DNA of 63,628 nt, counting the filler, from Octopus bimaculoides (Eukaryota), in assembly GCF_001194135.2 (NCBI RefSeq). It is 8 parts of 8 records of this genome, joined end to end, with 100 filler letters (N's around TTAATTAATTAA, not from the genome) between each part and the next. Parts side by side here need not be neighbours in the genome. Positions count along the whole stretch, not along the records: positions 4,591 to 17,512 come from NC_068999.1; positions 17,613 to 22,071 come from NC_068994.1; positions 22,172 to 48,750 come from NC_068982.1; 5 more parts are not named here. One strand, given 5' to 3'. Made by a program: the position numbers and the translations under genes. The notes beneath the pieces were generated by a model that searched no databases, had not been told where the DNA came from, and worked only from the letters and a program-made list of their open reading frames with translations. Of the stretch, positions 11,595-23,372 are shown piece by piece (positions within the stretch are counted from its first letter, which is position 1; every line of letters begins with the position of its first letter).

Positions 11595-12336
11595 TGTTTT
11601 GTTTTTTTCTGACCACTTGAAGATTTTTCAATTCCTAATGGATTGTTTTCAAATTCTCTCCATACAGATGTAGTTTTTTGCATGCGAATGATGAATATCG
11701 CATTCATTGTTTGAGAAAAATTAATAGCTAACAAGATGGGGGCTTTTAGAGGCATATATATATTTTTTTAACCAATGAAATTAGTNNNNNNNNNNNNNNN
11801 NNNNNNNNNNNNNNNNNNNNNNNNNNNNNNNNNNNNNNNNNNNNNNNNNNNNNNNNNNNNNNNNNNNNNNNNNNNNNNNNNNNNNNNNNNNNNNNNNNNN
11901 NNNNNNNNNNNNNNNNNNNNNNNNNNNNNNNNNNNNNNNNNNNNNNNNNNNNNNNNNNNNNNNNNNNNNNNNNNNNNNNNNNNNNNNNNNNNNNNNNNNN
12001 NNNNNNNNNNNNNNNNNNNNNNNNNNNNNNNCCGAAATGAAACGAAAACACAAAGACTCTCAATAAAACAAAACAATGATGAAATAAACCAATGTAACAG
12101 AATGACTTGTAAATTACACTTCTAAGACGAATTAATTAATGAAGCGGAATTACCATGACAACAAACAGTTCCGACTTCCGCTGTGAGGACTGGCTTACAA
12201 GTCATTGGCTAAAAATACGTAACTTTAAATATTTCTAACTTCTTTATAAGCTTTTTTTTCAAACTGATAATTCTTCATCTGCACGCAAAACAATATCAAA
12301 AGTACATTTTAAAAGAATTTTCAACGTAAGATTCGT

Positions 12337-12822
12337 AGTGGCTGTGTGGTAAGTAGCTTGCTTACCAACCACATGGTCTCGGGTTCAGTCCCATTGCGTG
12401 GCACATTGTGCAAGTGTGCAAGTGTCTTCTACTATAGCTTTGTGCCAGAAACTGGAAGAAGCTTGTCGTATATGTGTGGTTCCGGGTTCAGTCTCACTGC
12501 GTGGCACCTTGGACAAACGTGTTCTACTATAGCCTCGGGTCAATTAAACTTTTTGAATGGATTTCGTAGACAGAAATTGAAAGAAGCCTGTCATGTATGT
12601 GCGCGCGCGTGTGTATCTGTCCCCACCACTCCTTAACAACCGGTGTTGGTGTGTTAATATCCCCGTATCTTAGCAGTTCGGCAAAACAGATCGACAGAAT
12701 AAGTACTAGGCTTTAAAAAAAAATTAAAATCCCGGGGTCGATCTGTTCCACTAAAATTCTTTCAAGGCGGTGCCCCAGCATGGCTTCAGGCCAATGACTG
12801 AAGCAAAATGCAAGATAAAAGA
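12337..12822 (+). mobile_element. Composite SINE A+C with an internal duplication of the A head/core
   Basis: GGGTTCAGTC.CA.TGCGTGGCAC occurs at ~12381 and ~12485; module C at 12615-12822. Confidence 0.85.
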
Positions 12823-13336
12823 AAGGAACTTTTGAAACTTTTCCAGAAATTCCTCCACCGAACGCGTCATCGTATAAGCACAACAGTACAGTGTGTGTGT
12901 ATGTGTGTGCGTGTAATTACACAGCCGTAAATATGGGCATATAATGCAACATTGATGTGCGTGTATAGATGCAAGTGTGTATGTACGAATATGAATGCGT
13001 CATTGTATAACCGGAAGTGTGAATGCAACGATGAGTCTCGTGAACAAAATGATAGAAGATAACAAATCCGAGAGGATACACAGAAAAAGAAAAAAAAGGA
13101 AAGCACGTCCAGCTACATCCGCGTGCGTATATAATGGATGTGTGAGGGTGTGTAATGTGTATATACACTGAGAGGCATAGGCATAAATAATAGACTATAG
13201 TGATTTATGTGTGTATGTGTGTTCAGAGACGGTGTATGTAAACTGCACTTGTTACGAGTCAGTATTGATTGTGTATTGTCGCTTTGATGATGAGACGAGC
13301 TAGAATGTCAATAGGGACGACTACAAGCAACACCAC

Positions 13337-13409
<73 letters not shown>

Positions 13410-13700
13410 GGAGGAGGAGGAGAACCCCCTTCGGTCATGACTGACCATGAGATTGCACCTAGAAAGTTACCCTCCGAGGCACAAGTCCGGGCAAGGTTGT
13501 TTGTGGAAGGCCAGCAGTCGCCCATGCATACCAGCCTCCCTTCTCCACACCTCTGATGTTATCCAAGGGAAAGGCAAAGGGGCCGAAACAGCTTGGCACC
13601 AGTGATGTCGCAACTCATTTCTACAGCTGAGTGAACTGCAGCCATGTGAAATAAAGTGTCTTGCTCAAGAACACAACGCGCACCTGGTCCGGGAATCATG
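13410..13700 (-). mobile_element. SINE family D (V-domain-like), preceded by an (AAT)n tract
   Basis: Reverse complement of copy 40130-40428; GTGTTCTTGAGCAAGACACTTTATTTCAC resembles the V-SINE domain (recall). Confidence 0.85.
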
Positions 13701-14991
13701 CATTGTTTATCTTGATATAAGATCATTGTTTCACGCACATATGTTTGGTGTACCCTTATCAGACAGGTAGTCAAGTACTGGTGTATTAAGGTATTGATTG
13801 GCCTTGTACCTGAATTCTTGTGTGAATTCAGGTTGTAAGGCCAATACCGTCGTTGAGATTCATAGTAAAGTTCGTACCATTCGCCGAATACAAAAGTGTG
13901 ATGGTGACTCCTGAGTCACCCTCTCACCCTTGGCACGCCAATCTGTCGCAGTTGAGTAGACTGAAGCAACGTGGAATGAACGAAAAGAATACGTTGCAAC
14001 AAAGTAGCCGCTACATGGTCGTTTGATTTGCTAAAAACAGCAACCAACTTCACCCCAGTTCTTCACACTGTGCCGTTCTAAAATGAGAAAGGCGCTTTTG
14101 TTAATGCATTCCTTCGAGAAGTATCTCAAAGGAGAAGGAAGGATAAAGAGTCTGTTGAATCTAAGTTGGCCTGGAGCGAAACAACAGCGACGTCAAAAGT
14201 AAGAATAAAACTGTGTTAGTATAGCACAAAGAAGGGAAATAGTTAATATGTTTATGTAACATTTTGAATTCATGTATTCCTTCTGTATTGTTTTGACGAG
14301 AGGAAATGTTGTTGTTGTTGGCACTCCNNNNNNNNNNNNNNNNNNNNNNNNNNNNNNNNNNNNNNNNNNNNNNNNNNNNNNNNNNNNNNNNNNNNNNNNN
14401 NNNNNNNNNNNNNNNNNNNNNNNNNNNNNNNNNNNNNNNNNNNNNNNNNNNNNNNNNNNNNNNNNNNNNNNNNNNNNNNNNNNNNNNNNNNNNNNNNNNN
14501 NNNNNNNNNNNNNNNNNNNNNNNNNNNNNNNNNNNNNNNNNNNNNNNNNNNNNNNNNNNNNNNNNNNNNNNNNNNNNNNNNNNNNNNNNNNNNNNNNNNN
14601 NNNNNNNNNNNNNNNNNNNNNNNNNNNNNNNNNNNNNNNNNNNNNNNNNNNNNNNNNNNNNNNNNNNNNNNNNNNNNNNNNNNNNNNNNNNNNNNNNNNN
14701 NNNNNNNNNNNNNNNNNNNNNNNNNNNNNNNNNNNNNNNNNNNNNNNNNNNNNNNNNNNNNNNNNNNNNNNNNNNNNNNNNNNNNNNNNNNNNNNNNNNN
14801 NNNNNNNNNNNNNNNNNNNNNNNNNNNNNNNNNNNNNNNNNNNAGAAGTGACAGTTTCTTGTTGTGACTCCATAGCTTCGTTTCTGACAAAGAAGAGTAC
14901 TAATTTCAAGGGAGATAAGGTCACCGTGTCATCAGTTTGAATAATTAGAAATATGGAAGATAGCATTTACGTAAAGAATTAAACGAGTTTG

Positions 14992-15037
<46 letters not shown>

Positions 15038-15569
15038 CAGATGTTAGAACAACTACGAAATAACCAATTAACAGCTAAATTGCTTTCAAGAAACACACTT
15101 CTATTTTCAAAGGAATATTTAAAAAAAAAAATTTGTATTTTTCTTTTATTATTATTATTATTATTATTACTACTAATAATAATAAAAATAATATTTCAGC
15201 TTTAGTGAAATATGAAGGACGCCACTTTCATAATAATATAACGGGGGTGTGGGGGAGATGAAAACTGGGCTCAAGTTACAGAAATTCTCTTACGAAACAT
15301 CTGTCCCATATAACTCTGTCTTTCGGTCTGCAAGTTTGTTGTTCACACATTTTTATATAATAGTAAACTGTGCCGAATTCCATACAGATACACTACACAC
15401 TCACACAGATGCACCGGTCCCAAACGCAAACATAACACATATATTGCTTAGCCATAACGACACTAAAACCAGTTCTTAGAAGTCAATATACTCACAGCAT
15501 TTCACAGAGCAGAATATCAATTAATGAATGACAAAAGAACGGGCGTCACGTAATCCTTCTCATTAGCTT

Positions 15570-15632
15570 ACAGTTGTTTCTGCTATCCAGGACAGTTGTT
15601 TCTGCTATCCAGGACAGTTGTTTCTGCTATCC
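15570..15632. repeat. 22-bp exact tandem repeat, 2.9 copies (ACAGTTGTTTCTGCTATCCAGG)
   Basis: Direct reading. Confidence 0.95.
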
Positions 15633-15796
15633 GTATATATGTTTATAAACCAAGGACGTTATATAGACCCCCTTGATTCAAGTTAGAGAAGGGGTGCGTA
15701 TTATACACAAGGTTTAGGTTTTCCAGAGGTACAGCCCCCTAAAAATCCCCTGCGTATTATACTCAAGGGCGGACTATACTCGAGGATTTACGGTAA
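15629..15796. mobile_element. Probable pogo/Tigger-type MITE
   Basis: Right end reads TACCGTAAATCCTCGAGTATAGTCCG on the minus strand and left end ATCCGTATAT; internal repeated TGCGTATTATAC. Confidence 0.5.
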
Positions 15797-15884
15797 TTAA
15801 AATTAGTCTACAACGATGTAATTGATCCAGTTTCAAAAGTCCGTCTCGGATCATGTCACTTGCAAAACATGTAACAGCAAGGAC

Positions 15885-15915
<31 letters not shown>

Positions 15916-16491
15916 NNNNNNNNNNNNNNNNNNNNNNNNNNNNNNNNNNNNNNNNNNNNNNNNNNNNNNNNNNNNNNNNNNNNNNNNNNNNNNNNNNNNN
16001 NNNNNNNNNNNNNNNNNNNNNNNNNNNNNNNNNNNNNNNNNNNNNNNNNNNNNNNNNNNNNNNNNNNNNNNNNNNNNNNNNNNNNNNNNNNNNNNNNNNN
16101 NNNNNNNNNNNNNNNNNNNNNNNNNNNNNNNNNNNNNNNNNNNNNNNNNNNNNNNNNNNNNNNNNNNNNNNNNNNNNNNNNNNNNNNNNNNNNNNNNNNN
16201 NNNNNNNNNNNNNNNNNNNNNNNNNNNNNNNNNNNNNNNNNNNNNNNNNNNNNNNNNNNNNNNNNNNNNNNNNNNNNNNNNNNNNNNNNNNNNNNNNNNN
16301 NNNNNNNNNNNNNNNNNNNNNNNNNNNNNNNNNNNNNNNNNNNNNNNNNNNNNNNNNNNNNNNNNNNNNNNNNNNNNNNNNNNNNNNNNNNNNNNNNNNN
16401 NNNNNNNNNNNNNNNNNNNNNNNNNNNNNNNNNNNNNNNNNNNNNNNNNNNNNNNNNNNNNNNNNNNNNNNNNNNNNNNNNNNNNNNNNNN

Positions 16492-16522
<31 letters not shown>

Positions 16523-16525
<3 letters not shown>

Positions 16526-16681
16526 GACGGGCTTCTTTCAGTTGCCGTCTCTCAAATCCACTCACAAGATTTTGGTCAGCTTGAAGCTATAGTAGAAGAC
16601 ACTCGCTCAAGGTGCCACGCAGTGGGACTGAACTCGGAACCATGTGATTGGGAGGCAAGCTTCTGACCAAACAGTCACGCC
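16523..16681 (-). mobile_element. SINE family A
   Basis: GCTATAGTAGAAGACACTCGCTCAAGGTGCCACGCAGTGGGACTGAAC. Confidence 0.88.
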
Positions 16682-16720
16682 GTTCTAAGATTCCTTTTCA
16701 ATTCTCTTCACCCTGACTGC

Positions 16721-16776
16721 GTACATCTGATGATGTGGAAGTCGTCTTGCGTCCACAAAACGTTTTAAGTGATGTG
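16721..16776 (+). ncRNA. Type I hammerhead ribozyme-like motif, probably inactivated
   Basis: GTACAT-CTGATGA-TGTGGA[12 nt]TCCACA-AAAC-GTTTTAA-GTG-ATGTG: intact CUGAUGA, 6-bp stem II, 5-bp stem I; G12 appears mutated to A and the cleavage triplet is GUG. Confidence 0.6.
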
Positions 16777-17057
16777 GGATGAGTTCGACTGTTATCAAAT
16801 ACTTAAAGCTCCAAACAAATGGGTTCGAGTGCTACTTTGCTTTCTTTGTTCACACTCCCGCTCGTGTGTGTGCGCGCACGTGTGTACACACACACACGCA
16901 AAGTGTTTTCTACTAGAGCTTCAAGCCAACCAGAGCTTTGAGAGTAGATTTGGCGGACGGAAACAGAAAAATAAGACCGTCGTGTGTATGTATGTGTGTA
17001 TATATATATATAAATATATATATATATACACACACAAACACATACACACACATATTA

Positions 17058-17490
17058 TAGGCGCAGGAGTGGCTGTGTGGTAAGTAGCTTGCTTACCAAC
17101 CACATGGTTCCGGGTTCAGTCCCACAGCGTGGCACCTTTGGGCAAGCATAATTTACTATAGCCTCAGGCCGACGAAGGCCTTGTGAGTGGATTTGGTAGA
17201 CAGAAACTGAAAAAAAAGCTGAAAGAAAGGCGCGAGCTGGCAGAAACGTTAGCACGCCGGGCCAAATTCTTAGCGGTATTTCGTCCTGCCATTACGTTCT
17301 GAGTTCAAATTCCGCCGAGGTCGACTTTGCCTTTCATCTTTTCGGGGTCGATAAATTAAGTACCAGTTACACACTGGGGTCGATGTAATCGACTTAATCC
17401 CTTTGTCTGTGCTTGTTTGTCCCCTCTATGTTTAGCCCCCTTGTGGGCAATAAAAAAATAAGGAAACTGAAAGAAGACTGTCGTGTATAT
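17058..17490 (+). mobile_element. SINE family A interrupted by a full family B copy (17226-17461); a decayed A fragment lies at 16897-16985
   Basis: A runs to GAAACTGAAA, B is complete with an A-rich tail, then A resumes GAAACTGAAAGAAGACTGTCG; CTGAAAGAA is present on both sides like a target-site duplication. Confidence 0.9.
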
Positions 17491-17611
17491 ATATATATAT
17501 ATGTGTGTGTGTNNNNNNNNNNNNNNNNNNNNNNNNNNNNNNNNNNNNNNNNNNNNTTAATTAATTAANNNNNNNNNNNNNNNNNNNNNNNNNNNNNNNN
17601 NNNNNNNNNNN

Positions 17612-18135
17612 NCGTACCTCCACAGTGGCATATTTTTTTCCTCTAGTTCCAAAAGTTGTTTGCTTTCTGATACCTTTCAGGCACTCCTCGATCTCCTCAA
17701 CTGTCTCGAGCTCTATCCTTCTAGTTGCCACCTTCATGGTTTTAAAAACCACAGTTCTCTTTCTTACACCTTCTGTCAGTTCCACAGGCGATGTCAACGT
17801 CAGCGTGTTTCCGACCCTCGCCAGCAACTTCTCACATTCCTTCATCTTCTTCGGATCAACCTTAATTTCGATTATTTCCAGCTTTGCTTCCTCTGTTCCT
17901 TTTCCAGTCGCGGCCGCATAACTTTGGCCACCTACCGGTGCTTTCTCCATTTTACACAACGGGAAGACACAAAAAAAAGCACGAACAATATCAACAATTA
18001 ACACCAATGATTGACACTCAATTTTACAACAAAAAATACTCAACTTTGCAATTCACATAAAAACTCTACGTCATCGACAACTCAAATTCCAAAAAGACTC
18101 TACTATTACTGACCGCGACTGTCACATGACTGACT
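17612..18135 (-). mobile_element. 5' end of a non-LTR retrotransposon (Tx1/L1-like): 5' UTR plus ORF1 (ATG 17950, open into the gap)
   Basis: 113 stop-free codons MEKAPVGGQSYAAATGKGTEEAKLEIIEIKVDPKK...; the SYAAA start and K/E-rich character fit gag-like ORF1s; T-rich UTR; clade call is inference. Confidence 0.6.
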
Positions 18136-18348
18136 TTATAGTGGCTGCGTTATACCACCTGTCACGTGGGAAGGGGTGTACCATTTTCACTGCAACCACC
18201 TTCATTCATTTTACAATTAATAATTGCATTATGAACCTAACAGATAGAGATTTCTTCAGGGCAAAAATCGACATATTCTCTTTTACGTCCTAATAAATAG
18301 AGTGGATGTAAGACATCTCTAGAAGGAGCCTCTCTTTCTTTACAAAAC

Positions 18349-18382
<34 letters not shown>

Positions 18383-18390
18383 GTGTGTGT

Positions 18391-18440
<50 letters not shown>

Positions 18441-19106
18441 GCATATATATATGTATACGTGCAGATTTGTATGTTTTGCTTTATGTATGTATTTTCATGC
18501 TTATAGTAGCATTTATAGATATGCTTATATATAATTAAATGATAAACTTTTTGAAAGCTTAACAGATTCTTACTATGTATGTATGTGTGTGTTTTTGTAA
18601 GTACGTATATAAACACACACTATGCTTTCTGGTCTTTGTTAAAAAAAAAAAAAAGAATATGGGCACTATCAAATAAAGTACTCTATGCATCGTAAATCAG
18701 ACTCCATGAGGGAGGAGTTTTTCAGCCTTGAGGAAAAGTAACAAGAAAATTAAAGCTCCAAAAGCAAGGGCCAGTAATAGATGTCTGGTTGGGGCATGTT
18801 TAGTTCAGGGAATTGTGTTAGTTTGGAACAATGACACACCATTTCGTTATAGGTTGCTGTTATGGACCGGTCTCAGAAACGAAGCACTATAAGGAATGTA
18901 GAGAATAAACTGCAAAAAAACTTAATATAGAGAAAGTTGGAGGTGGATATAAAAGGTAACTCAACCCTGTCTAATAGGCACATCAGAAGTAATACCATAA
19001 GTGACGGAAGTAATGCTTCCTTGAAAATCGTGTAGTAGAGAGGAATTCCGGTGTGCGAACAATAATTCTTATGGAACGTAACCTTTATGTAACGGGGGTG
19101 GGGTGC

Positions 19107-19153
<47 letters not shown>

Positions 19154-19210
19154 TAGACGTAGGTATGCACATACCTGTACGTATATATGCATATACTCAT
19201 TTCTTATTTG

Positions 19211-19279
<69 letters not shown>

Positions 19280-19396
19280 TGTATGTATGTATGTATGTAT
19301 GTATACGTTAATATCAAGCAGTGAGATGTGTGCTCAACACCTCATTGACGGATAAATATTCTTTATTTGTGGATTAACCTGGTTTCGTATTCAGAG

Positions 19397-19610
19397 AGGG
19401 CGGCGAGTTTGCAGAATCGTTACCACGTCAGACAAAATGCTTAGCGGCATTTCATCAGTCTTAATGTTCTGACACCAAATTCCGCCAAGATCGATTTTGC
19501 CTTTCAGCCTTCGGGGTCGTTAAAACAATGTCAGTCTAGCACCCGAGTTGATGTAATCGACTTATCCCCTTCTACGAAATTGCAGGCCTTGTAATTTGAA
19601 ACCAATATTT
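19397..19610 (+). mobile_element. SINE family B, decayed
   Basis: GGCGGCGAGTTTGCAGAATCGTTACC...TTTGCCTTTCAGCCTTCGGGGTCG. Confidence 0.85.
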
Positions 19611-20139
19611 GAAACCAATATATATATATTCCCATCAAAGCAAGCAATATAATTATGCATCTAAAACCTCATTACCCATGTACATGACAACAATACGCTA
19701 ATAATATATAATAACTATCTCATTAATATACATCTCCCCAGTATATCAGTAATATACAATACTCATACCCTCGTGCCCTAATAATGTATATAAAATACAC
19801 AAGTAAAATAATTGAAATCATCATACATTTGTTTGTTTTCATATCTATAGTGTATATTTTTGTTTTATATTTTGTTTTGATTATATTTTGTTTTGATTAT
19901 ATTTTGTTTTATATTTTGTTTTTATATTTTGTTTTATATCATGTTTCATTTTCTTTCTGTAGATTGCTATTTGGTGGGGAGAGGATTATAGATTGATCCC
20001 CTACAACACTCAGTTATTACAAACCACTAGTTACTGTGAATGGCTTATAAGAAGTAAGTAATTTATTTCTTTTTCATATCGTGGAATGTTGTTATAGAGC
20101 GAAGCGTCGAATTCGCAATCTATATATCTCCATACAGCA

Positions 20140-20350
20140 GTGAGCTGGTAGAGTCGTTACCATGTCGGACAAAATGTTTAGCGGCATATCTTCCGGATTT
20201 TTATGTTATGAGTTCAAATATTACTGAGCTCAACATTGCCTTTCATCCTATAGAGATCGATAAAATATAGTAGTAACAGTCGAGCACTGGGGTGCATGTA
20301 ATCGACCTGCTCCCCTCCCTTCCCCTCAAAATTGTTGGCGCGTGCTGAAT
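20140..20350 (+). mobile_element. SINE family B, older copy
   Basis: GTGAGCTGGTAGAGTCGTTACC...GCCTTTCATCCTATAGAGATCGATAAAA. Confidence 0.8.
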
Positions 20351-20416
20351 TTAGAAAGAATTATCTATATCGTTCCAAATGAAATAACACACACACACGC
20401 ACGCACACACACACAC

Positions 20417-20457
<41 letters not shown>

Positions 20458-20599
20458 CACACATGCACACATATAAGCAGGCGTGGCTGTGCAGTAAGAA
20501 GCTTGACGACCAGTGTTGGTGGGTTTACGTCCCCGTGACTTAGCGTTTCAGCAAAAGAAACTGATAGAATAAGTATCAGGCTTAAAATAAAATAAATAT

Positions 20600-22071
20600 T
20601 TAGTAATGTTCATGAAGTTCAATTAGCGCTTTCATACATTCATAGTAATCCTCAGATTTCAAAATGTATTGACTGACAGTTGAGTTGAGTTGAGTTCTTG
20701 ACGACTGTAATAAAATAACCGACTTCTTTTTTATACCTTTTAGAAGGCTCCGACAAGCTGCATTTTTGAGATACGGTTTTGACTGATCAGCTTGCAGCTT
20801 AAACGTCACGGTTTGTTGGGTGCACCGATATTGCTGGCATTAACCCCCCACCTTTATTTTAACCGATAAGTTTACGGTTTACATGTAATGGTTCTATGAG
20901 TGAACAAATTTGGTTTCGATCGTTTTTATTTCAGTAGGTGAGACTCTTCTGTAATTTGTTTATATTCATATCTTAAAGACATTTTTTAATCCATATCATT
21001 AACTGGTTGTTATATTATTGTTGTTATTTCCAACCAGAACCGGTTTGAACATTTCAATGAAACATTTTTCTTTTATCTTTCTTCCAACCTCACTTGTTTC
21101 ATGTAGTTTGGGGAAAGGAAAAGTTAGAAACATTTTCTAACCACATGTTTCTATATGTTCACTCAATGGAATTTGGCAAACATTAGTGTTCCAGATTTGT
21201 TGTCTGTGAACTCGTGAGCGTTCCGATAACGCATTCCATGTCTCGCCGATATATTGTTTCTCGCAATTAAGGCATTTAAGGGAGTAGATCAAATTTCTGC
21301 TTTTGCAGTTCATATTTGCATTTGCAAAAATCTATCCATTTCTGGTTCTAATGGATCTACCAGTATGCATGTATTGATATGTTCCACATCTGTTATCATT
21401 ACAATTGCATACTCTGAATGTTTTATCCTGTTTATTTATGTTGAATTTTTCCTTTGCTGATAGTTTCTTTAGGTTATATTGTTGCCTTTTGCTTAAGATA
21501 AGTGTTTGATTAGTTAGTATGTTTTTTTAATTTTTCATTTTGCTTTATGCTTGGCAAATTTGTTGTGGTAATGTTAAAGCTGTTTTGGTGATGCAGATTG
21601 TGCGTTGCTAGAAATGGTATTGTGTTCCGTTGATGGGTTCATCTTTCTCGTGTTGCCCTCAGTTGTTCTGTAGGTATCTCTTGCTCGTTGTACGCTATTT
21701 TCTATAAGTGGGAGTAGAAATCCTTTAAGTTCTATAAGTCGTATGTTCCTGATATTTGGATCATCTACTATAGTATAATTTTTCCTGGCTAGACAATGCG
21801 GGATATTACATTTTGCGTGTGTTGGGTCGCATGATTTGAAATTTAGGTACTGGTGTGTATCTGTGCTTTTGTAATAAATATCAGTTGTGATTGTGATGTT
21901 ATTTTTAATTGCCGTTATATCAAGAAATGGTAATTGTGTTTTGCTCATTTCTCTTGTGAATTTGAGACCAGGGTGTAGATTGTTGAGGAGGGTGGTGAAT
22001 TCTTCCAGATTTTCTATGGATTTGGTCCAAATTAGGAAACAATCATCGAGGTATCTTTTCCATGTGTCCTC
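20600..22071 (-). mobile_element. Penelope-like retroelement, 3' portion (RT plus GIY-YIG plus pseudo-LTR), frameshifted
   Basis: Minus strand: WKRYLDDCFLIW...LNNLHPGLKFTRE...LPFLDI...TDIYYKSTDTHQYLNFKS, and NLIYSLKCLNCEKQYIGETWNALSER (GIY-YIG, ~21215-21300). Confidence 0.92.
20621..20658 (-). ncRNA. Minimal type I hammerhead ribozyme in the Penelope pseudo-LTR
   Basis: Minus strand AAT-CTGAGGA-TTACTATGAATGTAT-GAAA-GCGC-TA-ATT: CUGANGA, GAAA, palindromic stem III (AGCGCT), CUA cleavage triplet, 3-bp stem I; sense to the PLE ORF. Confidence 0.7.
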
Positions 22072-22171
22072 NNNNNNNNNNNNNNNNNNNNNNNNNNNNN
22101 NNNNNNNNNNNNNNNTTAATTAATTAANNNNNNNNNNNNNNNNNNNNNNNNNNNNNNNNNNNNNNNNNNNN

Positions 22172-22530
22172 CTAAAAGAAATCGAAAAACTTTCAAAATA
22201 CAAAGATCCGGAAATAGAGGTAACTCGAATGTGGAATCTAAAAACAGAAAAATTCCTATCATAGTAGGTGCCTTAGGTATAATAAAAAAATATTCAGACA
22301 AATACATAACAAAAACACCAGGACTTACAAATATATATAACATACAGAAAATTGCACTACTGGGCACTGCACACATCCTACGCAAAACACTTTCAATACA
22401 GTAACCATAAGAGCATCACAGCAAACCACAGCACATACCCAAGGCGCACAGAGCTGCGCTCGGTAGTGAAGTGAAAGCACGTTATAAAAATAAAACTACT
22501 GAACAATAATAATAATAACAACAACAACAT
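22172..22530 (+). mobile_element. R4/Dong-clade non-LTR retrotransposon 3' end with an (AAT)n tail
   Basis: EKLSKYKD.EIEVTRMWNLKT...IPIIVGALG...IQKIALLGTAHILRKTL*, then 3' UTR and AAT repeats. Confidence 0.88.
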
Positions 22531-22579
22531 CGAAAAATACCTTAGGAATGAAAATCCAGGTTCGAAATTTCCCCAAGAC

Positions 22580-23372
22580 ACCTGACAGAATGTATGTTCC
22601 TAGAAACAAGGGTGGAAGAGGTCTCATAGGATGCAAAATCTGTGTTGTCAACAAGTAGAACAGTCTGAGGTGGTACATCAGACAGCAGAGTGAATCCTTT
22701 CTTGCCGCTGTTAGAATTAACAATATAATACCTACCGAAAATGCGATGCACTCACAAACATTTAAGAAACAAGATGAAGAAGAAAGAGTAAACAACTAGA
22801 AAATGAAGCAACTGCACGGGCAGTACCTTAGATAAATCGATGGAAAAGACAAGATCAGCATTTGGAGATGGCTAATAAAAAGTGATCTGAAAGAATGCGC
22901 TGAGGCATTGATATACAGTGCCCAGGAACAAGCTCTAAGAACTCATTACACCAAGTTCCAAATAGATGGGAATAGCAAATCACCCCTGTGTAGGATGTGT
23001 GGCAGCAGAAACAAAACAATCTCACATATTGTAAGTAAGTGTAGCAAGCTGACCCAAAAGCACTACAAAAGGAGGCACCATAACGTGGTTAAGTTCGTCC
23101 ACTTAGAGGCTATATGAAAAGTACGGCCTGAACAGAGCACGGAAATGATACAAACATGAACTAGGAGTCACCGAGAAAAAGGAACAAAAGACACTGTGTG
23201 ATTTTACAATCCATTGTAACTCGCTAATCAAAGCTCGGAGACCAGATATTGTTGTCATACACAAAGGAAAAAAAGATACCAAGATCATAGATATTGCAAT
23301 AACTAGAGATGCTCGCATAAGTGACAAAGAACTAGAAAAGATTGAAAAGTACAGAAAACTAAAAGACGAACA
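22580..23372 (+). mobile_element. R4/Dong-clade fragment (post-RT, CCHC finger, restriction-like endonuclease), decayed
   Basis: DRMYVPRNKGGRGL; LIYSAQEQALRT...CRMC...TISHIVSKC...YKRRHHNV; RRPDIVV...IIDIAI...EKIEKY. Confidence 0.9.

Noticed and set aside
17058-17140. tRNA-like A/B boxes in SINE heads (families A, B and D)
   Set aside because: No complete cloverleaf, and each continues into a multicopy SINE body, so they are not tRNA genes.
18700-18870. Possible Tc1 transposase remnant (VW.G-like)
   Set aside because: Too degraded; no second motif or TIR to support it.
20775-20812. CTGATCAG...TAAACGTC hammerhead-like string
   Set aside because: Both core boxes deviate and it lies antisense to the Penelope ORF.
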